Shown here: positions 42,294 to 55,439 of the stretch, in pieces
Layout: every line of letters begins with the position of its first letter
Numbering within the stretch: position 1 is the first letter of the stretch
NCBI RefSeq assembly: GCF_009914755.1
Contig: NC_060937.1
From: the human T2T-CHM13v2.0 reference genome, Homo sapiens
Strand: one strand, 5' to 3'
DNA: 64,000 nt
Translations under genes and position numbers: made by a program
Notes under the pieces: generated by a model
What the model was told of the DNA's origin: nothing
Seen by the model: the letters and a program-made list of their open reading frames with translations, nothing else
Databases searched by the model: none

Positions 42294-43359
42294 CGAGGAA
42301 TTGTGATCATCTGTATTGTTTAGGTTACAGAAGAGTTAATTTAAAAAAATAGTATATTTTGGCTTTCCAGTGGTTTTAGTTGAGTGTGATTGTTTAACAA
42401 AAATGTATTGAGCAACTAGCTGGCTGCCATGGGGGATTTTTAAAGTGATGGACAGGGTCCTTGTTTCTCAAAGAATACGCAATCTAGTGTATAATTTGGC
42501 ATGTGTATGGAAGAGTCAATGAAAGATTACGAAAGACAAATGGTGGAGGCTCAAAGCCAAGCTTTTATTCTCATGTGCTGATGGAGTACTACTATGGATC
42601 TGATAACAGTAAATTTGCTGTCTCATCAGTTACAATCTGTTCTTCACTATTAATTGAGTTATAATTCTGGGACACTCACTCAGTCCAAATCTGACCTGTG
42701 ATATTATCCTCAAAATAAATGCTTGAGAACAAGTATTATCCTAAATTTACTGACAAAGAAAGGGGAGTCTATGAGGTAAAATACTTTTCTTAATGATACA
42801 TAGTTGTCAAGATGCAGTCAGGGGTTCAGCCCCATGTTTTCTAAATCCAAGTCTTAAATATTTTTCTGTATACAACGTTGCCTTTCTTCTTTCTACCCCC
42901 TTTATAAGCAAAATGTTAACAAAATGTTTTTTCTTTCTGCATAATAATTTGACCTTTAGTTAACTCCCTGCCTCTGATCTGATAACCTTATAAAAGTGGT
43001 ACACCAACCAAGTTACTAAGCAAGGTTGCTATGTCATGACCCCTGATTGGTAATTTGCATATATACTGGGAAGAATTATAAATGAATTACACATACCAGA
43101 TGGTGCTGCCGTAATGTTGTGATTCCTGAGTATGGTGACTTACAAATGGTATGCACCAGGAGGGTGGTCCTGAAAGCTATGTCCATGGGATTAATTTAGT
43201 ACATATGGACTCCTCATGGAGCATGAGGCTTGTAACCAGGATGACTGTCATACCCACTGGTATGTATCTTGTCTTCTTGCACCTGAGGAACAGTGTGGAT
43301 TGCTCCTGATAATTCTGCAGAATAATACCTGATGCTACCCTGCTGGCAAGCTGTGATTC

Positions 43360-43673
43360 TTTTTTTTTTTTTTTTTTTTTTTGAGACATGGTCTCATCCT
43401 GTCACCCAGGATGGAGTGCGGTATTGTGATCACAATGACTCACTGCAGTCTCGAGCTCCTGGACCCAAGCCATCCTCCCACTTCAGCCTCCTAAGTTGTT
43501 GGGACCACCGGCATGCACCACCATGACCAGCTTATTTTTTATTTTTATTTTTTTGTAGAGACAGTTTCTCCTTATCTTGCACAGGCTGGTCTCGAATTCC
43601 TAGGCTGAAGTGATTTTCCCGCCAAGGCCTCCCAAAGTGTTGAGATTACAGGTGTGAGCCACTGTGCCCAGCC
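43360..43673 (-). mobile_element. Alu, full length, AluJ-like
   Basis: Poly-T tail and both arms. TSD AAGC(T/G)GTGATTCTT at 43348-43361 and 43674-43687. Confidence 0.92.
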
Positions 43674-43736
43674 AAGCGGTGATTCTTGTCCTGTAACCTT
43701 CTAAGTGTTTGATGCCAGGTGACACTTGTGGTGGTC

Positions 43737-44054
43737 TTGTGAGCTTGAATGTTTAGCTGAACCTGAAAACTCTTGGGTAGAGTCCTAGCAAGTAAAATTT
43801 TTGATTTTTTTATCCACAGATAAACAAATATCTTCAATCATTTGTCTTGATCTTAATGGCCATTGTCCTGTAATGAATGAATTTGGGCTTTGAATTTTGT
43901 GAGCTTGAATGTTAATTGAACCTGAAAACTCTTTAGTAGAGTCATAGAAAGTAAAATTTTTCATTTTATGCCCACATATACACGAATATCTTCAATTACT
44001 GGTCTTGATCTTAATGGCCATTACCCTGTAATGAATGAATTTGGGCTTTGAATT
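43737..44054. repeat. Diverged ~160-bp tandem duplication (2 copies)
   Basis: 43737-43896 and 43897-44054 share TTGTGAGCTTGAATGTT...GTAATGAATGAATTTGGGCTTTGAATT with scattered mismatches. Confidence 0.93.
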
Positions 44055-45149
44055 CAAAGATATTCCACAGATTAGTTCACTTATTTTAATGAAGTTTATG
44101 CCTTAAAATGAGACAGTTTCTCCACTTATCCCTATGTTCCACATGAGAATATTGAATGTCATTTCTTTTATAAAAAAGAGTTCCAAATTCATTGTGTAAA
44201 GCATCCTCATGAAGTCTGAAGATTTAATTTGCTTATATATCTTATTGTAATAAAGAAGCAAATTATAATTCGGGGCTGGGGACTGGAGTTTAAAAGAAAT
44301 ACTTTAAAAAATATTTTTAAGAGTTAATTAGCTTTCCAGAGTACTGTGCATTTAATATGTACATAGAAAGTGAGGCTTACATTCACAGCAATCAGAACAA
44401 ACAAAGCCACAAGTGTGATATTCAGCAATGCACACAGCCCTAGAGAAGAGCATGCATAATATTCAGGCCAACAGAAAAATCACTTTCAGATAAACTAACA
44501 GAAGAAGGAATACCTAAGGTAAACCAACTGGGGCAATTTCTAATGAATGCAATTGCACTATGCAAGGATGGGGCAGTTTCAATAGGTTAAACAAAAATAA
44601 AAGTTTGGCTTGATTGTTATAATTTGTCAAAGTAAACCACTGTAACATTTAACTACCTCAATATTTTATTGCAAATGACACTAATTAGACTGTGGGTTTT
44701 TTGTTTGTTTGTTTGTTTTTTGGTTCTTGCTTTCTCAGAGGGCAGAGTTCTTAGGCTTAGTTCTCCACTTCAATTTAGTTCCTTTCTGATACTAATCACC
44801 AGTGTAATTAAGATCATTCCTAAGGGCATCTGAGAAAATGCAAAAATGGCTAGATTTTGCGCTTTGCAGCTTTACCTAAGACCTTAACAAAAATATCATA
44901 ATGAAGCTGAATATTATGTATTTTTAGCAATAAATAAATGTATTATAAATGAAATTTTGAAATCCCACTTCAAAATTCAATAATTTTGAATGAATTATTG
45001 AAATTCAATAAAATTGTATTGTATTCAATTATTTCTTATATTTTTAAATAACTGTCTACTTCAAGTGGTTTTTGTCATTGTTGTTGCACAGGTCTATTAA
45101 TTTTAACACCTTTATAGATTTGGTAAACATCATTATATTCAGGATATGA

Positions 45150-47980
45150 TACAAGATAAAAGTCCTTTGCTGGATAAATAAGTTCATTGCAGATATTAAT
45201 ATTTTTCTCAATCTATTACCCCATCCTTTGGTTCTATTAACAATGTATCACAGAAAAAAACTCTTCAATTTTATAAAGCCAAGTTTATTACTATGGATTA
45301 TGCATTTGGTGTCATAACTCCAGATTGGAGTGGCCATGATAGGAATATGAATGAAACGACCATGGTTGCAATGAAAGAAATTATGTTTGGACTCATCAGC
45401 ACCAATGTTTGTTTACCAGGCTTTCTGTGGGTCATGCTTTTGGTGTCATAACTCCAGATGACAAAGATCTTCTATCTGTTCCTCTAAAGGTTTTATGGTT
45501 ATGGATTCTATGTTTAGATCTGTGATCCATTTTAAGTTAAAACTTTTGTAGAAAGTATGAAATTTACACTAGGTTTTTTTTGTTGTTGGTGGTGGTGTTA
45601 CTTTTTGTTCTGCATGTGGATGTTGAATGGTATGAACACCATTTACTGAAAAGGGAATCTTTTTTCTTTTGAATTGCTTTTCTGTTTTTGTCAGAAATTT
45701 AATGACCATATTGGGGGAGTATGTTTATTTCTGTGTTCCTTATTTTCTATTCAGTTGGTCAATGTGTATATCCTCCCACCAATTCTGTATAGTCTTGATT
45801 AGTTTTACAGGAAGACTTGAAATTGGATAGTGTAATTTCTCCAACTGTGTTCCTTTGCCATTTTTTTGGTAATTCTAGATCTTTTGCCTTCCCAAATAAA
45901 TTTTAAAATCAGCTTGTCTATACTGACAAACTATATTCCCATAGAGATTTTTTTTTCTTGTCTTATTGAAGTGGCTAGGATTACTCAGGACAGTGTTCAG
46001 TCTTTCTTCATTAAATGACATTGTAGGTGTAGTGTTTTTGTGAATGTCATTTAATAGGTTAGGAAAAATTATTTTTATTTCTAGTTTGCTGCAATAATTT
46101 TTTAAATCGTTAATGAACATTAACTTCTTCATATTATTTTTCTGCATCAGTTGGTAAAATCATAAGGGATTTCTTTTCGGACTGTTAATATAATGGCTTT
46201 TATAGGTTGATTTTCAAATATTGGTCTGGCCTTGCATTACCTGGATAAATCCCCCTGAATTGTGGTTTTTATCCTTTTTATATATTGTTGGATTCGATTT
46301 GCAAATATGTTTTTGAGGATTTTTTGCACTTGTGTGAATGAGGGATATTAGAATATAGTTTACTTTTTTGTTCTTGTTTTCTTTTTCTTTGGTACTGTTT
46401 TTCTCTGGACTTGATATCATGGTAATGACATCCTTATAAATGATTTGGAGAAGTATTCCCTTCTCTTTTTTTTCTGAAATAAATTTTATAAAATTGGTGT
46501 TATTTTTTCTTTAAATATTTAGTAGAATCTGCCAGTTAAACTATATGGAAATTGAGATTTCTTTTTCAAAATTTCCTTTTTTTTCAAAATCAATTTCTTT
46601 TAAATCGGATGATAAATGTTATCCATTTCATCATCAGTCATTTTTGCAATTTGCAGATTTAGAGGAATTGGTCTTTTTCAACTAAAATGTTGGATTTATG
46701 TTCATAGAGTTGTTCATATATTGCTTTATTATCCATTTAATGTCTGTAGGGTCTATAATAATATGTTCTCTTTGATTCTTTTCATTGGTAATCTGTGTCT
46801 CCTAAAGGTTTACCAATTTTATTGATTTTTTAAAAATCAGTTTTTGTTGTTACTGATATTCTCAATTGCTTTTGATTTTTCAATTCCATTGATTTTGGCT
46901 TTTCATATTCTTATTTTCTTGCTTCAACTTGCTTTGTGTTTATTTTGCTCCTTTTTTTCTAGCTAGTTAAGATGGAAATTTTGAGGTCTCTCTTCTTTTC
47001 TTATATAAGCATTTAGGCCGGGTGCAGTGGCTCATGCCTGTAATCCCAGCACTTTGGGAGGCCAAGGCAGGCAGATCACGAGGTCAGGAGATCAAGACCA
47101 TCCTGGCTAACGTGGTGAAACCCTGTCTCTTCTAAAAATACAAAAAAAAAAAAAAAAAATTAGCCAGGCGTGGTGGCGGGTGCCTGTAGTCCCAGCTACT
47201 TGAGAGGCTGAGGCAGGAGAATGGCATGAACCTGGGAGGCAGAGCTTGCAGATCTCGCCACTGCACTCCACGCTGGGCGACAGAGCGAGACTCCATCTCA
47301 AAAGAAAAAAAAGCAAATTTTCTCCTATATTTAGCTTCATTTTATAAACTCTGTCACTATATTTTCATTCAGTTTAAAATATTTTATAATTTCTCTTGAA
47401 ATTTTCTTTTTGACCCATAGATTATTTAGAAGTGTGTTGTTAGTTTTCAAGTGTTTAATGGGAATTTTATGTTTTTTTATTAATGTTTTCTGATTTAATT
47501 CAGTTACAGAGAACACGCTGTGTGTGATTTTAATGACTTCAAGTGCATTGTTGTTAGTTTTATGACCCAGGATATGGTCTATCCTGGGGAATATTCCAGA
47601 TGCATGTGCATAGAATGTATATTCTGCTGTTGTTGGGCAGAGTAACCTATAAATGTCAATTAGATTCAGTTGACTTATGGAAATTTTCAGTGCTTCTCTG
47701 TTCTTGCTGGCTCTTTATCTATGTGTTCTATCTGTTACCAAGAGAGAAGTATTGAAGTCCTACACTATATTTGTAGCTTTGTCTATTTCTATTTTCACAA
47801 TTGTTGGTTTTAGATTTACGGATTTAGTTCTGATTTTTGTGCATACACAACTAAGATGGTTATGTCTTCTTGGCCACTTGACCATAGTGTAATGGTATCT
47901 TTTTAATGTCCTTTCCTGTGCAATCGAGATTTTTCCTGTTCTTTATATGCTGAGTAATTTTTTATATTATCTTGAACATT
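45150..47980 (-). mobile_element. Old L1M (ORF2 region), highly degenerate; probably continues at ~49849-50590
   Basis: T-rich antisense L1 ORF2 motifs (GATCCATTTTAAGTTAA, CACCATTTACTGAAAAG, CCTTGCATTACCTGGATAAATCCC, TTTGACCCATAGATTATTTAGAAGTGTGTTG). Boundaries approximate. Confidence 0.8.
47016..47312 (+). mobile_element. AluY, with a small internal deletion in the right arm
   Basis: GATCACGAGGTCAGGAGATCAAGACCATCCTGGCTAAC, GGAGAATGGCATGAACC and GAGCTTGCA are Y diagnostics. Confidence 0.92.
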
Positions 47981-47984
47981 TTAT

Positions 47985-49844
47985 TTTTACTGATCTTTGG
48001 GATGTTATTTTTCTGGCCAGAAACCTGTGGCTGCTGGTGCCTTTTCCGCATTTTCCTAGGGCCCACAGGGCCCATTCCATCCTCTTGGCCTAGCAGGCTG
48101 CACTCAGCTCATGCTATTGGTATGGATCACATGCCTCCAAGGGAGACTGTAAGTCATGGAGGTGTGGAGTGGTGAGGGGTGTGTGAGCAAGTGTGGGGTC
48201 CGGCCACTGTGCTGTAGACACGCTGGCTGCTGCAGTAGAGTGGGCAGCTCCAGGTGCCGGCATGGGCGCCGGCTCTCCAAGAGGCTGTGATTGGACCAGG
48301 CGTTACTGCAAACAGCTTCCCTGCCTGGCACTGGAAAATGTGGGGGTGCCCGGAAGCTTGGAGATGCCAGGAACTGCAGGGCCCCAAAGAGGGAGTCACA
48401 GGCCTGGTCTGGCATGTGGAGCTCCCAAGTTTGGGCTCCTAGAAGGGCCACAAACTCCTTCTCTTCTTCTCTCCTCTCCTTCTCTTTGCAATGTGTTGAG
48501 AAAGGGGCATCTTTCTGCCCTGTTTGTGTTACAGCCCTTTTAGCTTTGCCATTCAGTAGGTCCGAGTTCTTCTCTTGCAACCAGGAAGAATGAGGTACAT
48601 AGACAAGTGAAGGGTGAGCAAGACAAGAGGAGCTTTACTGAGCAACAGAACACCTCAGTCTCCCACAGGGAGAAAGCTCCTTAGCTCCTAGCAGAGAAGG
48701 TAGCTCTTCTCTGCAGACAGATTGTCTCATGTGCTTACTCAAAGGAGAGAGGGTAGCTCCTCCCTGTAGCTAGTTGACCCATCATCTGCTCAGCTGTGGC
48801 TGAGCCTGGGGCTTTTATGGGCCTCACATGGGAGGAAATGTGCACCAATTGGTCCATGGGTGGCCATGGGTGGGCCCAGAAAAGTCACTGCAATTCCCAC
48901 TTCAGTGAGTGGGACTGGCAGCCTGGCCTGAAGGTAGGGCCTCACCAGGGACCTGCCCCCTTTTGTCCAGGAGCCTGTCTGCCTCCTGCTGCCGTCCATG
49001 GGCCCAGGCTGCTCTCACCAAGGGGCACCTATAGGTCAGTGTTGAACTGCCCTAAGCCCCTACTTGTTTCCCCCACCCACTCTTTGGTGCCCAAAGTATG
49101 GAGCAGGCCAGGGTGCAGGGGGATGATGTGTCAGCACTGCTGGAGCGTGCACACACCTGGCTGGGCTGTGATAGCACCCATGCTTGGCCCCAACCCCACT
49201 ACAAGATCGGAGCAGGCACTGGGAATGGGGAAAGGCCAGGAAGTGAGAGCAGTCACCACCAAGCCTGTGGGGTCAGGAGGGCCTTCCCAGACCCCTGAGG
49301 GTGCAGAATCCAGAGATGCCTGGGACCTGCACATGGGAAGGCAGTGGAGCGCATGCATATGCACTTGGTAGAGCATACAGGCAGCACCAGTTGTGCCTCC
49401 TCACAGCCTGATTTGGGGACTTCAGGTCCTCACAGGGCCCCTCTTTGCCCACTCCTCTGTGCCTGACCATGCTGCTCCCCTACTGGCAGATGGCTTGGCC
49501 TGGCCCCATCATGGTGTCTCCATGGAATGTGGCACCATCCCAGGCCCAGCTCCACCTCCTCCCTGTGTCCTCCCCACAGCAGCATCAGGCAAGAGTGGCG
49601 ACACAGGGCTGAATCCCAAGCCATGGATTTTATAGTCTGGGCCTCTGGGTAGGTCCCACCTGGCTATGTGAAGGTGGGGGTGGTGTGGTTGGCTGTGTAG
49701 TCGGCTGCCTTGGGTATGTGGGGCAAAGAGACCCACTGCTGCCACTGCTGCTTCTTCAGTTCCCCCTGCTGCCATCACTCACATCTCCCCACTGCAGCCA
49801 GCACCATGGCAGCAGCTGCTCCGGATTGCCTGTAGCTGACATCA
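47985..49844 (-). mobile_element. MER52A-like (ERV1) solo LTR, ~1860 bp
   Basis: GATCTTTGGGATGTTATTTTTCTGGCCAGAAACC and CCAGGAAGAATGAGGTACATAGACAAGTGAAGGGTGAGCAAGAC motifs; ends GCTGACATCA. 4-bp TSD TTAT at 47981-47984 and 49845-49848. Confidence 0.85.
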
Positions 49845-50658
49845 TTATTACATGAGACTCTGTCTTGTTTAAATGCTGTGGAAACTGTTGATATTTATAT
49901 TTTTAGTGGTCAGTTAAGCTGGCTGAGTTTAGGCCACAACTTTCAACTTGCCTTCTGTAGGTTGTAGTCCTGATGTCAGATAAGTTTTCAAGTCTTCACA
50001 GTGTTACTTGGATCTGTTTCTTGTGTGTACCTTCCAGGGTCCAACTTGAGTCCTGGGTGGTAGACTATATATGGATTCACTTCTCAAGGTTTTTAGTGTG
50101 CTGAATAGGATCAAGTCTACATTTAGGGAGCTGTAGATGAGCCCAGGTGTTTATAAAAATGTTTGTGGTTACTTTCTCAACATTTTCTCTGCCATTATTC
50201 TCTGGAATTTTCCAGTTGTCTGAGCCTTCTTTTTCCCCCAAGCAGAGTGCTGAGACTTTAGTTACCACTGTTTACCATGACCTTCTGTAACTGTGCCAGC
50301 ACCCAGGGCCAAGTTTTGGGAGGGCAGAGAAAAAACATAGTTGGTCCTATCTTCTGGAACCCCAGTGTGTTGAGTTCAGCCCAGGATATACTGGAGGGAA
50401 AAAATTCCAAACTCATTATTGGATTAATGGTATTTTGAATTCTGATCTTCTTCTCTACTCTTCCATATACTGTGTACTTTTCAAAGCCTTCAAATAGCTG
50501 GTCCTTGCAGTCTGTCCGGGTTTTGTGGCTGTCTTCAGTGAGAGTCACGTTGGAAGGTGATCACTCCCATCTTACCTGGGGTCGAAACTTTTTTATTCCA
50601 TTTTTTAAAGTAATTATAATGCTATTGTTCCATCAGTGTGATTTAAATTAATACTTAG

Positions 50659-50937
50659 TGCCAGGGATGGTGGCTATGCTTATAATTCCAACAACTCAGG
50701 TGGCTGAGGCAGAAGGATTGCTGGAGGTCAGAACTTCAACATTGCAAGACCCAGCCTCTAAAAAAATAAAATAATTAGGCAGGTGTGGTGGCATGTGCCT
50801 ATAATTGCAGCTACTCAGGAGGCTGTGGCCAGACGATTGATTCTAGGATTTCAAGGCTGCACTGAGCTATGATCATGCCACGACACTCCAGTCTGGGTGA
50901 CAGGGTGAGACCTGAATCCTTAGATAAATAAATAAAT
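50659..50937 (+). mobile_element. Alu, AluJ-like, diverged
   Basis: Two arms, TTCAAGGCTGCACTGAGCTATGATC, (TAAA)n tail. Confidence 0.85.
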
Positions 50938-50968
50938 ACACACACACACACACACACAAACACACACA
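50938..50968. repeat. (CA)n microsatellite in the Alu tail
   Basis: Directly visible. Confidence 0.95.
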
Positions 50969-52045
50969 GCAACCACTATGATGATTGAAACATGTCAGAA
51001 TGCAAAAGCAAGAACACCTCTATTTAATAACTGTAATATAATTTTGGAGAATTGATGGGAGGCAATTGCTTGCATTTCTTATAGACTATTCCAAATTATT
51101 AATGTTAATTACTTAAAATGATTTTATTTTTACACTGTAGAGTTAAAATAACCAACTTTCTTGCTGAATGAAACTGTATGATAGTACCTTAATTACGTTT
51201 TATTTGTGTTTCAATACTCTAGCCTAAAATCAGTACTTTTTCTATTTTCTATAGAAAATAATAAAACTTTCTATATCTGAAACTGTATACAGGTGATGAG
51301 CTTTGAGTTGGATGCACAGTAAGATGTTTTGCTTTTAAACCAGATATGCAAAGAGAGGCAACGATCTATGTGGCTTTAGCAAGGGAAAATAACCTGTTGA
51401 ACTATTTCTTTCACTATATGTTCAAGAGAGTACTTAGGGAGAAAGAGATTAATTCATTTTTAATGCTAGGAAAATACAGTCATTAAAAAGCAGATAATAT
51501 AAAACGCCAGAAATGCTTTTAACATTACTAGAAGTGCACTTCTTTCTGAAATAGCTTGCTACTTTTGGAGATCTAGATAGGCTGAGGTATTAAATATTAA
51601 AATAGAGGGTGCTTTTTAAAATGCAGTGTTTCTTATCAGAAAAAACATTTGAACAAGCATTTCTGTTGTATAATTCATGATATTGCTAATAAGATAGTCT
51701 AGGAGAATTATTTGTTACGCTTTTGAGAATGACTGGGATTTTTTTTTTTTATGAGAGAGTATTCCCTGTTCATGTCCTCTTAAATATATATGAGTACTGT
51801 TAAACTATATGGGATAGTCACCTGACTGATTTTTTCATATTAGTATGGTCTCCCTATATTTTATGGGAAAATCAATTCAAATAAGAATATTAATGTGAAT
51901 TTTGCTACCTTCAACAGCATGAGAAGTCAGCAGCACATTTTAAACTATTGATGTAACAGGAAAATAAGTGTTGGAAGGATGTCCCTCTGAACATTTTTAT
52001 TCAGATTTTCTGCAATAGAAATTAGTATGACTTGCTATTCCTATT

Positions 52046-52099
52046 TGTGTGTGTGTGCGTGTCTGTGTGTGCGTGCGTGTGTGTGTGTGCATGCGCGCA
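52046..52099. repeat. (TG)n/(CG) alternating purine-pyrimidine tract
   Basis: Directly visible, one interruption. Confidence 0.9.
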
Positions 52100-52716
52100 A
52101 CTAAATAATATAAACGTAGCCACTGGTCTTCAAAAGAATGCTCCCCTCTTGACTTCTCTCCAGTCTTAGTCATCCATTGGCATGTCAGTAGCTTTTTTTA
52201 TGGTAGGAACAAGCAATGAAAAGTTGCCCAACTTGTTTCAAATAACAATCCAACTGCGGGGTTCTGCATGCCACCTCAGTTCATCAGTAAACACTATTTA
52301 CAAAAAATGTATCCATAAGTTTTTGCTACATCGTACTTGAATTATTTTGGTGGATAGAGTTCTTAATACATAATTGTTGATTACTGTAAGTGCTTTTCCA
52401 AACTTTCACATTTCTATCACTAAATAGCTAACATGTAAAAAGTAGAAGTAATTTTTCAAGGCATGTTGGTTACTGCCTTTGCTTCAGCATTTTCTGCCCT
52501 TAGAACTATTTATCCAATATTAAATGACTTTTTTTTGTAAGATGGCAGACCTTTTATTTTGTTCACACTATTTTATAAATAAAATATTGGGGTGTATAAA
52601 CATGATTAAAATATGCTATGTACAAATATTAATATGTGACTATGAAACATGATTATTTTCTTGAAGCCTATTCCAATAATTTAGGGAAAATTTTAGAATT
52701 TAAACATTTTCCTGTT

Positions 52717-52763
52717 AACATTATGTTATAATCCACTTAAAAACATTATGTTATAATCCACTT
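52717..52763. repeat. 22-bp direct repeat, period 25
   Basis: AACATTATGTTATAATCCACTT occurs twice. Confidence 0.92.
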
Positions 52764-55278
52764 TCTAAATGAGCTGATATCAGTGTTCATTATTTTATAA
52801 TAGCTATAAGAACCGCACGTAGATATTCTGAGGAAAGTTTTGATGAAAAACACCTCCATTGTTCTCTGACTAGTTATAAATACTGTTGGGGAATGGGTGA
52901 TGCATTCCCAGTGGTTTCATGTTTAACATTATTTATATTTAAATTTTTTTATTTATGAAAAACAAAAGTGATATTTTAGAGTATCCCAGATTTTAAAATA
53001 TTTATTTAATTTAGGAAGAAAAAACAGGTTTTTACAAATTCATAGAATTAAACACAATTTTTGTAAATTCAAATTGTGTAGTTACCTGAATTCTTAAATC
53101 ATATAAACTGTTTTTTCCATGAATGAGAGAAAGGAAGATCCCTCTTGACTTTATGGATGTTAGAGCTGCCTTCACATGCTAGAGGCATTGCTCTACAATT
53201 TTTCTTTTGCAACATTCCTCTGGTTTGGGCTGATAGTAACATTTTTATGATGTTTAAACAAGTTTTCATGCTTCCAAGGAAAACTGAAGAGAATGACTGG
53301 ATTAGTAAGATCTTGCAGTAGATTAGAGAACTGCCAAAACTCAGTTAATTTAACTATCATTAGCAAACAGTTCACAAATAAATAGTTTATTTTCTTAAAA
53401 AAAGGAGGATGTAATCAGAGCCATATTTGAAAATGTGCATATAACTTACAGAATTGAGAGTTGGTACTCTTTTAAGGATAATTCTCATATATTGAGCTAA
53501 GAGTGCACAAATCAGTAAAATCTGGCTACATAAAATTATTTTTTCTCCAAAGAAGCTAGTATTTGAGAGTTCCTTTAATTACTGCTTCCTTAACTATTTG
53601 TTTCTTATGTGCAGAGTGAGTACAGACTTAACAGCAGGTGTTCATTTTAATATAAGAACAAATGTATGAAGGCTTTTAATCTTAACATAGTACCGTATAT
53701 GAGCTGCTTATTTAGAGTTATTAATATATAAGATAGTTAATGGTACTTGGATTATCTCTTTGCATTTTTTTTGTCTTATTACATCTGTTTAAATGGAGGC
53801 TTTTAGAGTAGCTAGAGCCTGGTCATTGGGCATTTTGGGGACATTTACTATGAGATGGCTATTGGGAAGGTTTAAATCTGGTCAAGAAATGACTTCTCTC
53901 TTTAGAAAATTCAGCCTAGAAATCATAGAACAAACTAGAAATGTTAGATGCCCAGGCTCGGTGTTTTAATCTATGAGTTATAACATAGTTCTAGTCTCCA
54001 GTGAAAAAAGTCGTCAATAAGACATGGCCCAGGTCTCACAGCCATTTTTTTCTTCAGTTCTTCTCTTTAGGCCAAATAATGCCTAAATGTGCTTGAGAAG
54101 TACAGGTTGAATAAATGACTACCTGAAATCCCCATTTACAAATTGGTCTGATACAGAGTAGATTTCTCAGAATGTCTTCACCAGACAGTATAGTTTTTGG
54201 TAAACTGTATCTGTGTAAATTGTCACCCTGACATCAACAAGTGGCACCAACACAGGCATAATTTACCAGAAAAAAATTCCTGAAATTATCATGGTTCTAT
54301 AAGCAAATTCTGGAGGTGAGGTGCAGTTGTTTCAAATACATCCTCCTCCTTCAGAGTATTTATCTGAATCTTCTGGATCCATAGCACATGAAGGAGAATT
54401 TCAGAGTGAGATCACCTGGTTTTGGCACTGGGAGCAATGTGATCATTGTTATGGCAGTGATTATGTGAGGGACATGTTACTAGTAAAACTTAAGGAAATC
54501 ATGTTACAGGTCAGTCAGTATATGATGTGTCTCTATGAAGTGTACCTGAACTTTGGAAGATAACCTCCCAAACTTACCAAAACTACACACCCAACCTATT
54601 TTACTGGTACTTTAAAGGACAAATAATACTGTCAGAAGTAATTTTGGAAATAGCTCTGAAGACTACTATATTATAGTCATGTTGGACCTTTTGAGAGAGG
54701 GGGAGATATTTACAAAGTCCTGTAGCTGGCTACATGGGTGTACTCAGAAAGGGAAATTTTCCATGCAGGCTGTAGCCTAAGCTACTGGAGTGAACAAACC
54801 ATAAAGAATTGTTTGCTGGAGGCTTGTTGAACCAGACATCTAGATTTTGAAGGATAGGCCTTGCAACCAGAATAAAGCTACATCTTTGTTAAAAGGAGCA
54901 CACCTGCTTGGAAGATGGGTGGAATAGAATTATGTCTTGGGAAACTATTACCAATTCAAAAAATGTGAATTTAGCATTTATCTCTTTTTAGGATAGTTCC
55001 TAAAAAGAAACTAAGAACCAGATCCAAAAACTATAGATTTAAATTTGAAGGGCAAGCTCGATTTGACAATTGTACAAGTATAAAATTTCTGAGCTTGGAA
55101 GCAAACCTACAAGCAAAAAACAGGCTGAGCAACATCAAGCACGATAAACATTTCAAAATATCCATAGGGAAAGCATAAAAGCAGGATTGTATGTAGCTAC
55201 AGAGGACACAAAGATGATCTGAGAAGTTAAAGTTAGGAGAAGTATCTAACAATTAGCGCTGTTCAGCATGGGATGAAG

Positions 55279-55439
55279 GGCTCGACGTGGTGGCTCATGC
55301 TTGTAATCTCAGCACTTTGGGAGGCCAAGGCGGGCAGATCACCTTAGGTCAGGAGTTCGAGACCAGCCCAGCCAACGTGGTGAGACCCCCCCCCCATCTC
55401 TACTAAAAATAAAAAAATTAGCTAGGTGTGGTGGTATGC
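55279..55439 (+). mobile_element. AluS(x)-like, 3'-truncated (left arm plus start of right arm, no tail)
   Basis: GATCACCTTAGGTCAGGAGTTCGAGACCAGCC; similarity stops after TTAGCTAGGTGTGGTGGTATGC. Confidence 0.88.

Noticed and set aside
48104-49778. Cluster of 60-191 aa ORFs
   Set aside because: All lie within the GC-rich MER52A-like LTR; no recognisable domain.
54991-55177. Acceptor-like TCTCTTTTTAG followed by a ~60-codon open frame
   Set aside because: No good donor, peptide unrecognised, and expected by chance in A-rich sequence.
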